Shown one piece after another: positions 16,877-25,832 of a stretch of 35,401 nucleotides of DNA. The DNA is taken from positions 1-35,401 of IMG/VR virus record IMGVR_UViG_3300012665_000299; one strand, 5' to 3'. This DNA comes from a virus. Lineage: Duplodnaviria; Caudoviricetes. Within the stretch, counting starts at the first letter, position 1. Every line of letters starts with the position of its first letter. Made by a program: the position numbers and the translations under genes. Below the pieces are notes generated by a model. That model searched no databases and had not been told where the DNA came from. It was given only the letters and a program-made list of their open reading frames with translations.

Positions 16877-18457
16877 ATGGAAACGAAACCATATAACATC
16901 CAGTCCCCTGAGCAGATTGCCAAGGACTACGGCGGTAACAAGCAGAAGATTGCTGAAGCCATGCAGATGGGTGTCGTTGACCCCACAGCTGGCACATTAG
17001 CGGGTATGTTTATCGACCGCATGCGGTCGGCTGCGCAAGCAGAACAAGCTCCTCAGCAGACGGTAGCCCAGCAAGTATTCGCACCTCCTGCGCCTCCTGC
17101 ACCCATGGGTGGGATTGGCGCTCCTTCCCCGATGCCAGCACCGGGTGCCCCGGCTGGTCTTGGTGCTACACCAGAAGCTGCACAGATGCCTGCGCCTGAA
17201 ATGCCTATGCCAGAAGCTGCGCCTGAAATGCCGATGGAAGAAGCACCTATGGGTATGGCTGAGGGTGGCCTTACTGCGCTCCCTCTACCTGACACTATGT
17301 TCGATGAACCCAACAACGGTGGGTATGCTGGCGGTGGTATTGTTGCGTTTGCTGGCGGCGGTCCTCTTACTGACGAAGAAGCATGGAACCGTATCAAACG
17401 TATCGAAGGTGGCCTCGGCCCCAAGGGCGAAATGCGTGTAAGCTCCGCAGGTGCTGTTGGTCCTTCGCAACTAATGCCCGCCACTGCACCAGAAGCAGCA
17501 CGGCTTGCAGGTCTCCCATGGGATGAGAAGCGTTACCGCACTGACCCAGCCTATAACGAGGCACTAGGAAAAGCTTACTATTTGTCCCGCGTCGCTGCAC
17601 GTAAGGGCGATTACAACAAAGCTGCGCTCGACTACCACTCAGGTATGGGTAACGTAGACAAGGGTAAGATCGGTCCAGCGGGCCGTGACTATGCGCGTAA
17701 GTTCAGCGGAGCAGAAGTACCAGAGCGCAACACTCGTACGGCTGAAGGCTTTACCTCTAACCTTGGCGACATCACCGATTATGTCGAACGTCGTTTTGGT
17801 AAGACCGCCGAAGAAAAAGCCAACGACGAAGCGCTAACCGCCCGAGCCAAGGAAATGGCCTCGCCTGAGTATGCAGCCAAGGAAGCTCAGGACTCTATAT
17901 GGAGAACGCTAGCGGCTGTCGGGTTTAAAACGGCAGCTTCCGATGCTCCTGATCTAGCTTCGGCCTTTTTCAAATCTGCGGAAGCGGAGTTTGGTAATTA
18001 CGTTGCTGATAAGAAAGAACGCAAACAGCTTAAGGATAAAGCGCTTAACCTTATGGTTGCCAACGGTGCTAAGAACCGCAAGGACGCTATGGAGCGGTTT
18101 GACATGGCCCTTAAAATCCAACAGCTACAACTTGGTGAGAAGCTATCCGGCGAGAAGTTGCAGCTTGAACGAGACTCGCTTGCACAGGACAAAGATATCA
18201 AAACGCGTCAGTTAGATATTGAGGACTATAAGGCTAAGCACCCGAATATGAGCGACTTGGAGAGCGGCGTTAACTACTTCCTCGAAGAAAATCCCAAACT
18301 TACGCCTACGCAAGCACTTGAAGCATACCTTAAACTTAAACAAACATATGCTCCGGCTGCGTCAACGACGGGTATGTCACCCGAAGAAGTTGCGGCGCTT
18401 GGTCGTAAGGGTGGCGGTGCGAACCCACAAGTGATAAACGTCGGTACTATGCAATAG
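16877..18457 (+). CDS. Putative ejection protein with lytic transglycosylase (SLT-like) domain
   Basis: RIEGG (candidate catalytic Glu), SSAGAVGPSQLMPATA, and NEALGKAYY...AALDYHSG correspond to SLT motifs; coiled-coil C-terminal half. Confidence 0.7.
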   Translation: METKPYNIQSPEQIAKDYGGNKQKIAEAMQMGVVDPTAGTLAGMFIDRMRSAAQAEQAPQQTVAQQVFAPPAPPAPMGGIGAPSPMPAPGAPAGLGATPEAAQMPAPEMPMPEAAPEMPMEEAPMGMAEGGLTALPLPDTMFDEPNNGGYAGGGIVAFAGGGPLTDEEAWNRIKRIEGGLGPKGEMRVSSAGAVGPSQLMPATAPEAARLAGLPWDEKRYRTDPAYNEALGKAYYLSRVAARKGDYNKAALDYHSGMGNVDKGKIGPAGRDYARKFSGAEVPERNTRTAEGFTSNLGDITDYVERRFGKTAEEKANDEALTARAKEMASPEYAAKEAQDSIWRTLAAVGFKTAASDAPDLASAFFKSAEAEFGNYVADKKERKQLKDKALNLMVANGAKNRKDAMERFDMALKIQQLQLGEKLSGEKLQLERDSLAQDKDIKTRQLDIEDYKAKHPNMSDLESGVNYFLEENPKLTPTQALEAYLKLKQTYAPAASTTGMSPEEVAALGRKGGGANPQVINVGTMQ

Positions 18458-18466
18458 CGAGGCCCT

Positions 18467-21400
18467 ATGCCCATATATCAAATGACTGGTAAGGATGGTA
18501 ATACCTACCAGATTACCGGCCCAGCGGGACTCGACGCTAAAGCGGTGCAAGCCGAAATCCTTAAACGTGCGCCACAGGCAGGCGTACCTAAGAAGGAAAA
18601 TGCTGGCTTTTTTGGTTCTCTGTTCGAGGGTGCCCAGACTTCTGGTCTAGCTGATGAGGCTGCTGCGTACGCAGCAAACCAGAACGACGAAACTCGCCGT
18701 GCGCTTATCAAGGCTGGTGAGTCCAAGTATCGGCAGGTTGGCTTCGGTGAAGGTGAGAACTTTGAAGCGTTTAAACAGTTGGCAGGCGGATCGTTGGGTC
18801 AACTTGCAGCCCCAGTTGCTGCGGGTCTTGTCGGGTCTTTAGCTACCCCTGTAACTGGTCTCGCTGCGGCAAGCGCAGTTTCGGGTGCCCAGTACACATC
18901 CCAAAACCTTCTACGTCAGGCACAGGAACAAGAACGAGCTATAGCGGAGGGTAAAAAGCCTGAGGATACTTCGGTAGGTAAAGCTATCTTAGCAGCTACC
19001 GGGCAGACCGCGCTTGATTTGGCTGGTGGTCGGGTCTTCTCTGGTATCGCCAAAGCCTTCCCATTCATGCGTCCTCTACTGGGTAACGCTGGTGGTAGGG
19101 CTGCGCAAAATGCCGGGGAAGTTCTGGCTGACGCAGCAGAGAACGGTACGATTAAGTTCGCCAAGGGTATCGCATATGGCGTCGGCAAGGGCGTAGCCTT
19201 TGAAGTCCCGCAAGAAGTTGCGCAGCAGGGACTTGAGCGTTGGCAGGCGGGTATGTCGCTAACAGACAAAGAAGCTCAGAGTGAATACGGGCAGGCTGCA
19301 ATCGGCGCGCTGCTTCTTGGTGGTAGTGTTGGTGGTGTCTTCGGTGCTATATCCTCACGCAATAGAGAAGCTGCCCCCGAAGAGGAAGTTGAGCCAGAGG
19401 CTCCTGAGCCTAATATCACCCCTACCACCCCGGTCGAACGTGAAGATGTCCTAGCCCGACTAACTGATGTCGCTGGTACTGATCTCTCCCGTGGGGCGAC
19501 CGCAGCCATTGAGGCGCTCGAACGTCGTGTATCCAACGACCTATCGATTAACACTCCAGAAAGTCTGGCTGAAACACGCGCTTACATAGTTAGCCAAGAA
19601 GACCAGATTGCCGCAGGGCAGTTTCCCGAAGACACGGCTGACCCACTGGTGAGGGCTTTGGGTGAAGCGAAGCTCATGGTGGAAGAAGCTGCGCCAGCAG
19701 CACCGGTGGAAGAAGCTGCGCCAGCAGCACCGGTGGAAGAAGCTGCGCCAGCGGCGCAGGAGGGAGAGACGGATGCAGGAGGAGTTGGAGCAGCTACAGC
19801 ACCTATCGGTGACGAGCTTGGAACAAGCGTTCCGCCTAGTAGAGAACCGGGACCTACCGGAGATACTGCCGGAAGAGTTGAACAACCTGACTCAGAAACA
19901 GTGGGAGTCGATAGTGTACCTCCTGTTTCTCCTTCGGTCAGCCCAGATGCGCAGCCTGATACATTAGCCCGGACAGAAGAAATCCCTGCTCCTACGCAAG
20001 CAGGACAAGTATCCGAGCTTAAGCCTGCGCCAAACTGGATGGTAAATCTGGTTGATAAGTTCGGAATGTCTGGGCCGCTAGACGCGTGGGCGAAAAGCAC
20101 CCTCGGTTACGAAGTGTTACCAGAGCAGCTGGGGACCGAAAGCAAGCTGAAGATGGCAGCATCTAAGCAGGCAGGTCAAGAACGACTCCTCCAGCGCAAT
20201 TATTTCAACCCTATCGTAGAGACTGCGGCTAAGCTTAAGGTAGATATAGGCGACCTAGGTATGTACCTGTGGGCACGCGGTGCTGCGGATCGCAACCGTA
20301 TTGTGGCTGAACAGAACGTAGACTTTCCTGAAGGTGGTTCGGGTCTCACTACTGCGCAAGCAGCAGAGACCATGCAGAGGTTTAGGGATGAAGGATTGCT
20401 GCCCAAGTTGAACCAGCTTGCGCGTAAGGCTGACGCCATTGTGGACTTCACACTCAACGAGAAGGTCAGGGCTGGCCTTATGACCACAGAGGAAGCCACG
20501 CAGCTACGTGAGACACAGCCATACTATATGCCGCTTAAAGGCTTTGCCTCCAACGGGGACATGCTGACAGCGGATATTGGTGAAGATGCCCATAGTCCTG
20601 ACCGCCGCGCTGAAGCTGCGCGAGCGCTTCGCACCTCCGTACCTACTGGTAGTATCAACGAATACCGTAAGGCGTTCGGTCGTGGGTCCATGCCTTTCCA
20701 TCCGCTATTTAATCTGTTCCAAGATGCAGAGCAGGCGGTGCGTCGCAACATCACCAATGAAGCCATCAAGCCGGTACTCAAGACGTTTCAGGCAAACCCT
20801 AGTGCTTTCGAAGGTATCATGAACGTCTACACCGACGCAAACCCCAAGAAGGTTATGATGGGTCGGGACATTCCCGGTGGGCGCTTCGAGCCTGTGGACA
20901 TGAAGCAGGAATACTACGGCAACCAGAGTAAGTATTATCTCGTCAAGGATGACGGTGTCGCACACTATATTGAGTTTAATGACAAGGGCGTAGGTGCTGA
21001 CCTAAACCGTATGTTCGCCAACATGAACCCTAAGGATATGGAAGGCGCGATGCAGCAGCTTGCTAACGTCAACAACTTCCTCAAGGGTATGCTGACATAT
21101 AAGAACCCGCTGTATCTAACGTTTGTGGCTCCGTTCCGCGACGTTTCGGATGCGGTTGCTACAGCCATGCTCCGCCAGAATACCAAGGGTGACGCCGCCT
21201 TCGGTAAAAATCTGGCAGCTAAGACGTTCTTTTACGCCATCAACCCAACCACATGGAGTACCATTGGCCGCTTCGTGTTCAGCAAGAGGGCTATGAACAA
21301 TGAGACGGGCAGGCTTCTCGAAGCCATGATACGTGACGGTGGTACACCGCTACAGACGCGCTTCCTCAATACGCAGGAAAAGGCTGATGCCGCCAACAAG

Positions 21401-22738
21401 GCAATCAAGCAGCTACGTGGTTTGGACGGTATGGACCCTAAAGCCCGCGCAGGAAGCCTATTAACTGGTCTGAACACTTGGGTTGACGGGCTTGCCGACA
21501 TCATGGATATGGCTGCACGTTTTGCTACGTATCGTGCTGCTACTGACTTAGGTATAAACGGAACTGCTGCCGCTGACCTTGCGCTTGACTCGTCGCTGAA
21601 CCTTACCCGTCGCGGTGAGATGGCGCGTGGCATCGACCTTGTCATTCCGTTCTTCGGTGCCAGTGTCGAAGGTAGCCGTAAGACGCTACGTATTCTGTCG
21701 AACCCTAGGACTGCGGTGAAAATCATCGGTGGTCTTATCGCCTATGGTGCGATGGAGTCTGTGTGGAATGCCATGCAGAGTGGCGACAGCGACGATGACG
21801 GGCAGGAAGATTATCTTGACCTCGACCAAGGTGCTAGCCTGCGTATGTCTCGCGCTACGTTGTATTACGGTAGCGGCCCAGACGACTACATCAAGGTGCC
21901 AATCGGCCAGATGTTGGGCTACTTTAAGTTCTTCGGGAATAAGATTGGCGACGTAATGGCTGGTGCCAGTACAACAGGAGAGGCAACCAAGGGTCTCGTA
22001 CCCGGCTTCTTCAGCTTGATGTCTCCGCTGCGCATCCCAAGCGGTGACCTTTCCAGCTTTGCTGGTGCTATTACGCCACTGGTGGGTAAGCCGTTTGTCA
22101 ACGCCGCGTTCAACAAAAACTTCTTCGGGTCGCCTATCTATACCGAGTCGTTTCCCGGCGGTGCGCCTAAATCCGAGCTTGGCCGTCCTAGTACTGCCGA
22201 GCCGTGGAAGGAAGTCGCCAAGGCTGTCAACTACGCTACGGGTGGTTCGGAAGCTGTCAGCGGCACTGTGGATTTCCAGCCTGAAGTGTATCGCTACTTC
22301 ATTGAGAGCTACTTCGGTGGGCCTTACCAGTTGGCAAAGCAGATGGTGGGCCTCAAGGAAGCCGAGGGTATGTCGGACGTCCCGGGCATTAAAAGCTTTG
22401 TTGGTACTGGCGCGCAGTATGCACCACAGACCAAGTACTTCGAAAACACCGAAACCACACGCCAGATCATGAACCGCCTGAGCAAATTGACGCCAGAGCA
22501 GCAAATGGCACAAGGTGAGCGGTACTTCTTGGATACTGACCCCCGCGTCATAGAAGCGTACAAAGCTGTGGAAGCCAGCCTCGACCGTATCGGTAAAGAC
22601 CAGAAAGAAACCTTCAGGCTCAATCCGGACATGTCCGGTAAGGAAAAACAGGCGGTTCTCGACCATTACCGCGCTGAGAAAAACAAGTATTATAGCGCGT
22701 TTAACGCTGTCTATAACGCAGCTAAGAAGGGCGAATAA
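18467..22738 (+). CDS. Large internal virion protein (1423 aa), LPD38-like C-terminal region
   Basis: Last and largest late gene. C-terminal LNLTRRGE...PFFGASVEG...YIKVPIG...NKNFFGSPIY resembles large polyvalent protein domains of phage ejection proteins. Confidence 0.65.
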   Translation: MPIYQMTGKDGNTYQITGPAGLDAKAVQAEILKRAPQAGVPKKENAGFFGSLFEGAQTSGLADEAAAYAANQNDETRRALIKAGESKYRQVGFGEGENFEAFKQLAGGSLGQLAAPVAAGLVGSLATPVTGLAAASAVSGAQYTSQNLLRQAQEQERAIAEGKKPEDTSVGKAILAATGQTALDLAGGRVFSGIAKAFPFMRPLLGNAGGRAAQNAGEVLADAAENGTIKFAKGIAYGVGKGVAFEVPQEVAQQGLERWQAGMSLTDKEAQSEYGQAAIGALLLGGSVGGVFGAISSRNREAAPEEEVEPEAPEPNITPTTPVEREDVLARLTDVAGTDLSRGATAAIEALERRVSNDLSINTPESLAETRAYIVSQEDQIAAGQFPEDTADPLVRALGEAKLMVEEAAPAAPVEEAAPAAPVEEAAPAAQEGETDAGGVGAATAPIGDELGTSVPPSREPGPTGDTAGRVEQPDSETVGVDSVPPVSPSVSPDAQPDTLARTEEIPAPTQAGQVSELKPAPNWMVNLVDKFGMSGPLDAWAKSTLGYEVLPEQLGTESKLKMAASKQAGQERLLQRNYFNPIVETAAKLKVDIGDLGMYLWARGAADRNRIVAEQNVDFPEGGSGLTTAQAAETMQRFRDEGLLPKLNQLARKADAIVDFTLNEKVRAGLMTTEEATQLRETQPYYMPLKGFASNGDMLTADIGEDAHSPDRRAEAARALRTSVPTGSINEYRKAFGRGSMPFHPLFNLFQDAEQAVRRNITNEAIKPVLKTFQANPSAFEGIMNVYTDANPKKVMMGRDIPGGRFEPVDMKQEYYGNQSKYYLVKDDGVAHYIEFNDKGVGADLNRMFANMNPKDMEGAMQQLANVNNFLKGMLTYKNPLYLTFVAPFRDVSDAVATAMLRQNTKGDAAFGKNLAAKTFFYAINPTTWSTIGRFVFSKRAMNNETGRLLEAMIRDGGTPLQTRFLNTQEKADAANKAIKQLRGLDGMDPKARAGSLLTGLNTWVDGLADIMDMAARFATYRAATDLGINGTAAADLALDSSLNLTRRGEMARGIDLVIPFFGASVEGSRKTLRILSNPRTAVKIIGGLIAYGAMESVWNAMQSGDSDDDGQEDYLDLDQGASLRMSRATLYYGSGPDDYIKVPIGQMLGYFKFFGNKIGDVMAGASTTGEATKGLVPGFFSLMSPLRIPSGDLSSFAGAITPLVGKPFVNAAFNKNFFGSPIYTESFPGGAPKSELGRPSTAEPWKEVAKAVNYATGGSEAVSGTVDFQPEVYRYFIESYFGGPYQLAKQMVGLKEAEGMSDVPGIKSFVGTGAQYAPQTKYFENTETTRQIMNRLSKLTPEQQMAQGERYFLDTDPRVIEAYKAVEASLDRIGKDQKETFRLNPDMSGKEKQAVLDHYRAEKNKYYSAFNAVYNAAKKGE
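19678..19752 (+). repeat. Perfect 27-bp tandem repeat (x2.8) encoding VEEAAPAAP
   Basis: GGTGGAAGAAGCTGCGCCAGCAGCACC at 19678 and 19705; third copy partial at 19732. Confidence 0.95.
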
Positions 22739-22771
22739 AAAAGCCCCCAACCGCGAACGACTGGGGGCTTT
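22737..22771 (-). terminator. Intrinsic terminator of minus-strand transcription (possibly weakly bidirectional)
   Basis: Minus-strand RNA AAGCCCCCAGUCG-UUCG-CGGUUGGGGGCUUUUUU: continuous stem with two G:U pairs, UUCG loop, U6 tail. On the plus strand the G:U pairs become A/C mismatches and the U-tract is only 3 nt. Confidence 0.9.
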
Positions 22772-22805
22772 GAGTGATGTAATGGAGGAAGGAGCAAACT
22801 TCCGC
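22737..22805 (-). ncRNA. Candidate ~70-nt multi-target antisense small RNA
   Basis: GCGGAAGUUUGCUCCUUCCUCCAUUACAUCACUCAAAGCCCCCAGUCGUUCGCGGUUGGGGGCUUUUUU. Flanked by a promoter-like element and a terminator; 22789-22800 is complementary to five RBSs; 22771-22784 is complementary to the primase start region. Confidence 0.7.
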
Positions 22806-22809
22806 AGCC

Positions 22810-22845
22810 TGTATACTCACATTCGCCAGACTCGTAAACCCCTTA
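22810..22845 (-). promoter_or_regulatory. Putative promoter of the sRNA, TAAGGGGTTTA-N19-TATACA
   Basis: TTTACG (22838-22833), 17-nt spacer, TATACA (22815-22810); same motif as 13294-13329; overlaps the 3' end of CDS 22817..23011. Confidence 0.5.
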
Positions 22846-23011
22846 TCCCATCTTCTATGGTCATATATATCAACACCTTGACCTTCAGACGGTTGGTGAC
22901 CACTAGCAGTTGTGCTTTGGCACGGGCGTAGTCGAGGCACGGGAAGAAAACGGAGGTCCCCTTTTTGAACCTCCGCCAGTTTAATTCATAGGTTACGCCC
23001 TCAATCAACAT
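22817..23011 (-). CDS. Small basic protein (64 aa), probably nucleic-acid binding
   Basis: Start re-assigned to MLIEGV, overlapping the primase stop. The GTSVFFP...GLRVWR pattern is seen in small phage DNA-binding proteins. Confidence 0.65.
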   Translation of the reverse strand: MLIEGVTYELNWRRFKKGTSVFFPCLDYARAKAQLLVVTNRLKVKVLIYMTIEDGIRGLRVWRM

Positions 23012-25832
23012 CGACCTTTTCAGTCTCTTCGTATTGCGAAGTATCCACGAAATCGTCGTCATCAACCTTGAACCACAGGCAGTGGATTGGGTCACCGCTC
23101 ACCGCAGTTCCCTTGGACAAGCGGACACCACCCTTCTTGATGAGGCGTCCTTCCGTCTCCAGCTTGGCAATCGTGTCGTTGTAGTTAATCTGGAACTTCA
23201 CGCAGTAGTCCTTGAACGACTTAGCGATGATGTACATGCGCTTGGTATCTGGCTCAATCCGCACCAGCAACTCACCGCGTGGTTCGCGCTTTGGCAGCGC
23301 TTGCATATTGGTCCGCCTGTCAGCTTCACCATTAACCACAAGGATGTGCTGCATGTGGCGGTACAGATAGTCAGCAACAACCTGACGTACGCTGTCCACG
23401 GGAGCTATAATGTTCCTACGTAGGTCGTTAATCATCCCGCAGGAGTAGTGGTAGATACGGTCCATATCCCAATCCATGAGGCCGCAGTTGGTAGCCGTTA
23501 AACCACCTGCTATATTGCTGGCGACAGTCGCAGACCAGAAGCGCTCCTTAGGTTCAAGCTGGAGTTCGCGGTCAATCTTAAGCTGCAAAGCGTCAGCCAT
23601 GCGCTGGGTGCGCTCCATATTCTCAAGCACATAACGTATATAGATAGGACCGGCGTGGCCGTAGTTCTTGAATAAATCACGGTCGAACATCTGCTTGGCT
23701 TCCGTGGTGTTAAGCCCCGCGACCTTGTTGATTGGGTACTCAATCAGGCGCATCAGTTCGCCTTCTGGATTGTTCTTGATGACCGACAGCTTTTCCGCAA
23801 ACGAGGCATTTGATGTAGATACACTAATTGACTGCCACGTGGTGTTGTTCTCACGAAGCTCGTTGGTACCAGCCTGCATACGCTCCTTACCCTTACCGTT
23901 AGACAAGGCGTACAGGAACTCGGAATATTCTATCGGGGTCATGTTGGTCAGTTCGTCCATCGTCGGCGGGATATTGTTGAGAATACCCACCCACTGCAAA
24001 CGCCCATTGAGCGTGTCGTTCTGCTTCAAGCGCAGTTCCTTGGGGTGGCCGTAGACGCTATTCACCATATTAAGGATGGTGGTCTTACCAGTTCCGGAGT
24101 TAGCGTTGAACAGGTTGATGACCGCCCCTGTCTGGTCGAGGAACCGCAGCAGCGGTGACCCAAAGGCGCTGAGCGCCGCAAAGGCGTGGGGTTCCATTCC
24201 CGGCGTGTCATAAAGTGCCCAGATTTTCTTCCACTCTTCGAGCGACCCTACTGGCCCCATGAATTTAGCCAGTGGGCGTGTTGTCTTTGATGGCGGCGAA
24301 TGAGCCACACCATCGATATGGATTTCCTGACTGCCTATGATAAACTTGCTGCCGTTGTCGGCCCAGCCAAATTGTTGACGCATGATTTGCTCCTTGTCGC
24401 GGTATTGAATGTCTTTCATCATCAGCGAGATGAACTCCATCAGATGGGTAAATTTCTTCCCCATGCAAATGACACCTTTAGACGAGAGCGCTTTGCGAAG
24501 CTCTTCGGGGCTGGTGATTTTGAACAGGGGTATGTGGAACTCTTTGGTGTTGTTGTGCGGTAGATGTAGCCGGAACATCACGACGTTACCGTCGATGCTG
24601 TCGTCCATAATCTTGGTCGGGTACAAATCGAACTCGTAGACCAACGTAGGCTCTGCTTCTTCGGCATCCTTAGGTGGCTTCTTCCAGATACCGCCGCCTT
24701 CGCCACGGTAGAACGGGAAGGGGTACTTCGATATCACGTGGCTTTCGGTTACGCCGTTGATTGTTTCGACCACAACGTGGTCTTCTTCGGCTTCACGTGC
24801 TTTTTTGCCGAGGTCCTTAGGCCCCATGATAGTACCAAGATGCGGACAGCCCTCGCATAGCTCTGGGTTGACGCTCTTGAATTTAGCGCAGCTAGTCGCC
24901 TTTCGGATGGTAGCTACCTTCTTGTCTATGGTATCCGGCTCATAGTCTGGGTGACCCTTCGACATCATGTGGACTGCTGTGTCAGCATCCTCACACATAG
25001 CCGCCACGGACAGCGCATAGAACCACTCATAGTAGCCAATGGTAGCTTGGTTCTTATAGGCATGTAGAAGCTGGTTACACCCATCCCCCTTAGCCGTACG
25101 CTGCATGATTTGCTTGAAGTTGAAGCCGATACCATTGTGCCGTGCCAGTTCCCGTGGCGATGGCTGGTAGTCATCGTCAAAGATTGTCGGCTTCGTCTTG
25201 ACCCCAAAGATGGAGCGCATTTCCTCAAAGGAGATAGGCTTACCGACATGGATAAACTCGACCGGACGCGGCTCTTCCTGCTTATAGTTAAAGGTATTGG
25301 GCACACGCAAGATACGCGCCGCTTCAAACACCTTGTCATCCACGTAGAAGTTCTGGGTGCGGCACACTTCCTTAATGCGCTCTGCCACAGGCTCCCAGTC
25401 TCGACGGGATACTTCTTCCTCAAGAGGCCAGTAGGCATGGATGCCCCCTCCTGAGTTTACTAGCGTAGGGGGAGGAAGACCCACTGATCCGCAGAAAGTG
25501 CGAAGCGCCCCTAACCCAGTTTGTTGGTCTATGTACCCGTCCGGCCTACCAGTTTCCGCATTGATTTCGGCTTTGCTAGGGCCGCAGTCGATGTCTAACC
25601 AGAATGCCTTTAGGGCTTTTACGTTTTCCTTCGTCCGGTTTGCGCCGGTCTCATATTTAGCTACGCCAAAGAACACATTACGTTGCTGCTGCATAAACGT
25701 CTGGATGCACTCATCTGCTTCCTCGCGTGTGGCTACAAGCTCCTGTCTGACGTCCTTTGGCCCTTTGATACCTACGATTGCAAACCAGCCTGAGGCTGGC
25801 TGCACGAGGTCTAGGAGGTCTGGTTGCTGCAT
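23001..25832 (-). CDS. Primase-helicase (RepB/AEP-type primase + Cys cluster + DUF927-type helicase)
   Basis: WLDIDC, VNSGGGIHAYW and RILRVP primase motifs; SC...CEGCPH; QFGW; Walker A NSGTGKTT; Walker B MDE. Start is ATG 25832 or GTG 25844. Confidence 0.85.
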   Translation of the reverse strand: MQQPDLLDLVQPASGWFAIVGIKGPKDVRQELVATREEADECIQTFMQQQRNVFFGVAKYETGANRTKENVKALKAFWLDIDCGPSKAEINAETGRPDGYIDQQTGLGALRTFCGSVGLPPPTLVNSGGGIHAYWPLEEEVSRRDWEPVAERIKEVCRTQNFYVDDKVFEAARILRVPNTFNYKQEEPRPVEFIHVGKPISFEEMRSIFGVKTKPTIFDDDYQPSPRELARHNGIGFNFKQIMQRTAKGDGCNQLLHAYKNQATIGYYEWFYALSVAAMCEDADTAVHMMSKGHPDYEPDTIDKKVATIRKATSCAKFKSVNPELCEGCPHLGTIMGPKDLGKKAREAEEDHVVVETINGVTESHVISKYPFPFYRGEGGGIWKKPPKDAEEAEPTLVYEFDLYPTKIMDDSIDGNVVMFRLHLPHNNTKEFHIPLFKITSPEELRKALSSKGVICMGKKFTHLMEFISLMMKDIQYRDKEQIMRQQFGWADNGSKFIIGSQEIHIDGVAHSPPSKTTRPLAKFMGPVGSLEEWKKIWALYDTPGMEPHAFAALSAFGSPLLRFLDQTGAVINLFNANSGTGKTTILNMVNSVYGHPKELRLKQNDTLNGRLQWVGILNNIPPTMDELTNMTPIEYSEFLYALSNGKGKERMQAGTNELRENNTTWQSISVSTSNASFAEKLSVIKNNPEGELMRLIEYPINKVAGLNTTEAKQMFDRDLFKNYGHAGPIYIRYVLENMERTQRMADALQLKIDRELQLEPKERFWSATVASNIAGGLTATNCGLMDWDMDRIYHYSCGMINDLRRNIIAPVDSVRQVVADYLYRHMQHILVVNGEADRRTNMQALPKREPRGELLVRIEPDTKRMYIIAKSFKDYCVKFQINYNDTIAKLETEGRLIKKGGVRLSKGTAVSGDPIHCLWFKVDDDDFVDTSQYEETEKVDVD

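Noticed and set aside
21686-22750. 354-aa antisense ORF and other shadow ORFs opposite the main genes
   Set aside because: They overlap well-supported genes on the other strand, show no recognisable motifs, and this one starts inside the terminator.
22771-22805. Plus-strand reading as an RBS for a gene, or as a CsrA-type GGA decoy
   Set aside because: No start codon follows the plus-strand AAGGAGCAAACT. Terminator polarity, G:U patterns and promoter position all favour the minus-strand RNA. A decoy role for read-through RNA is not fully excluded.
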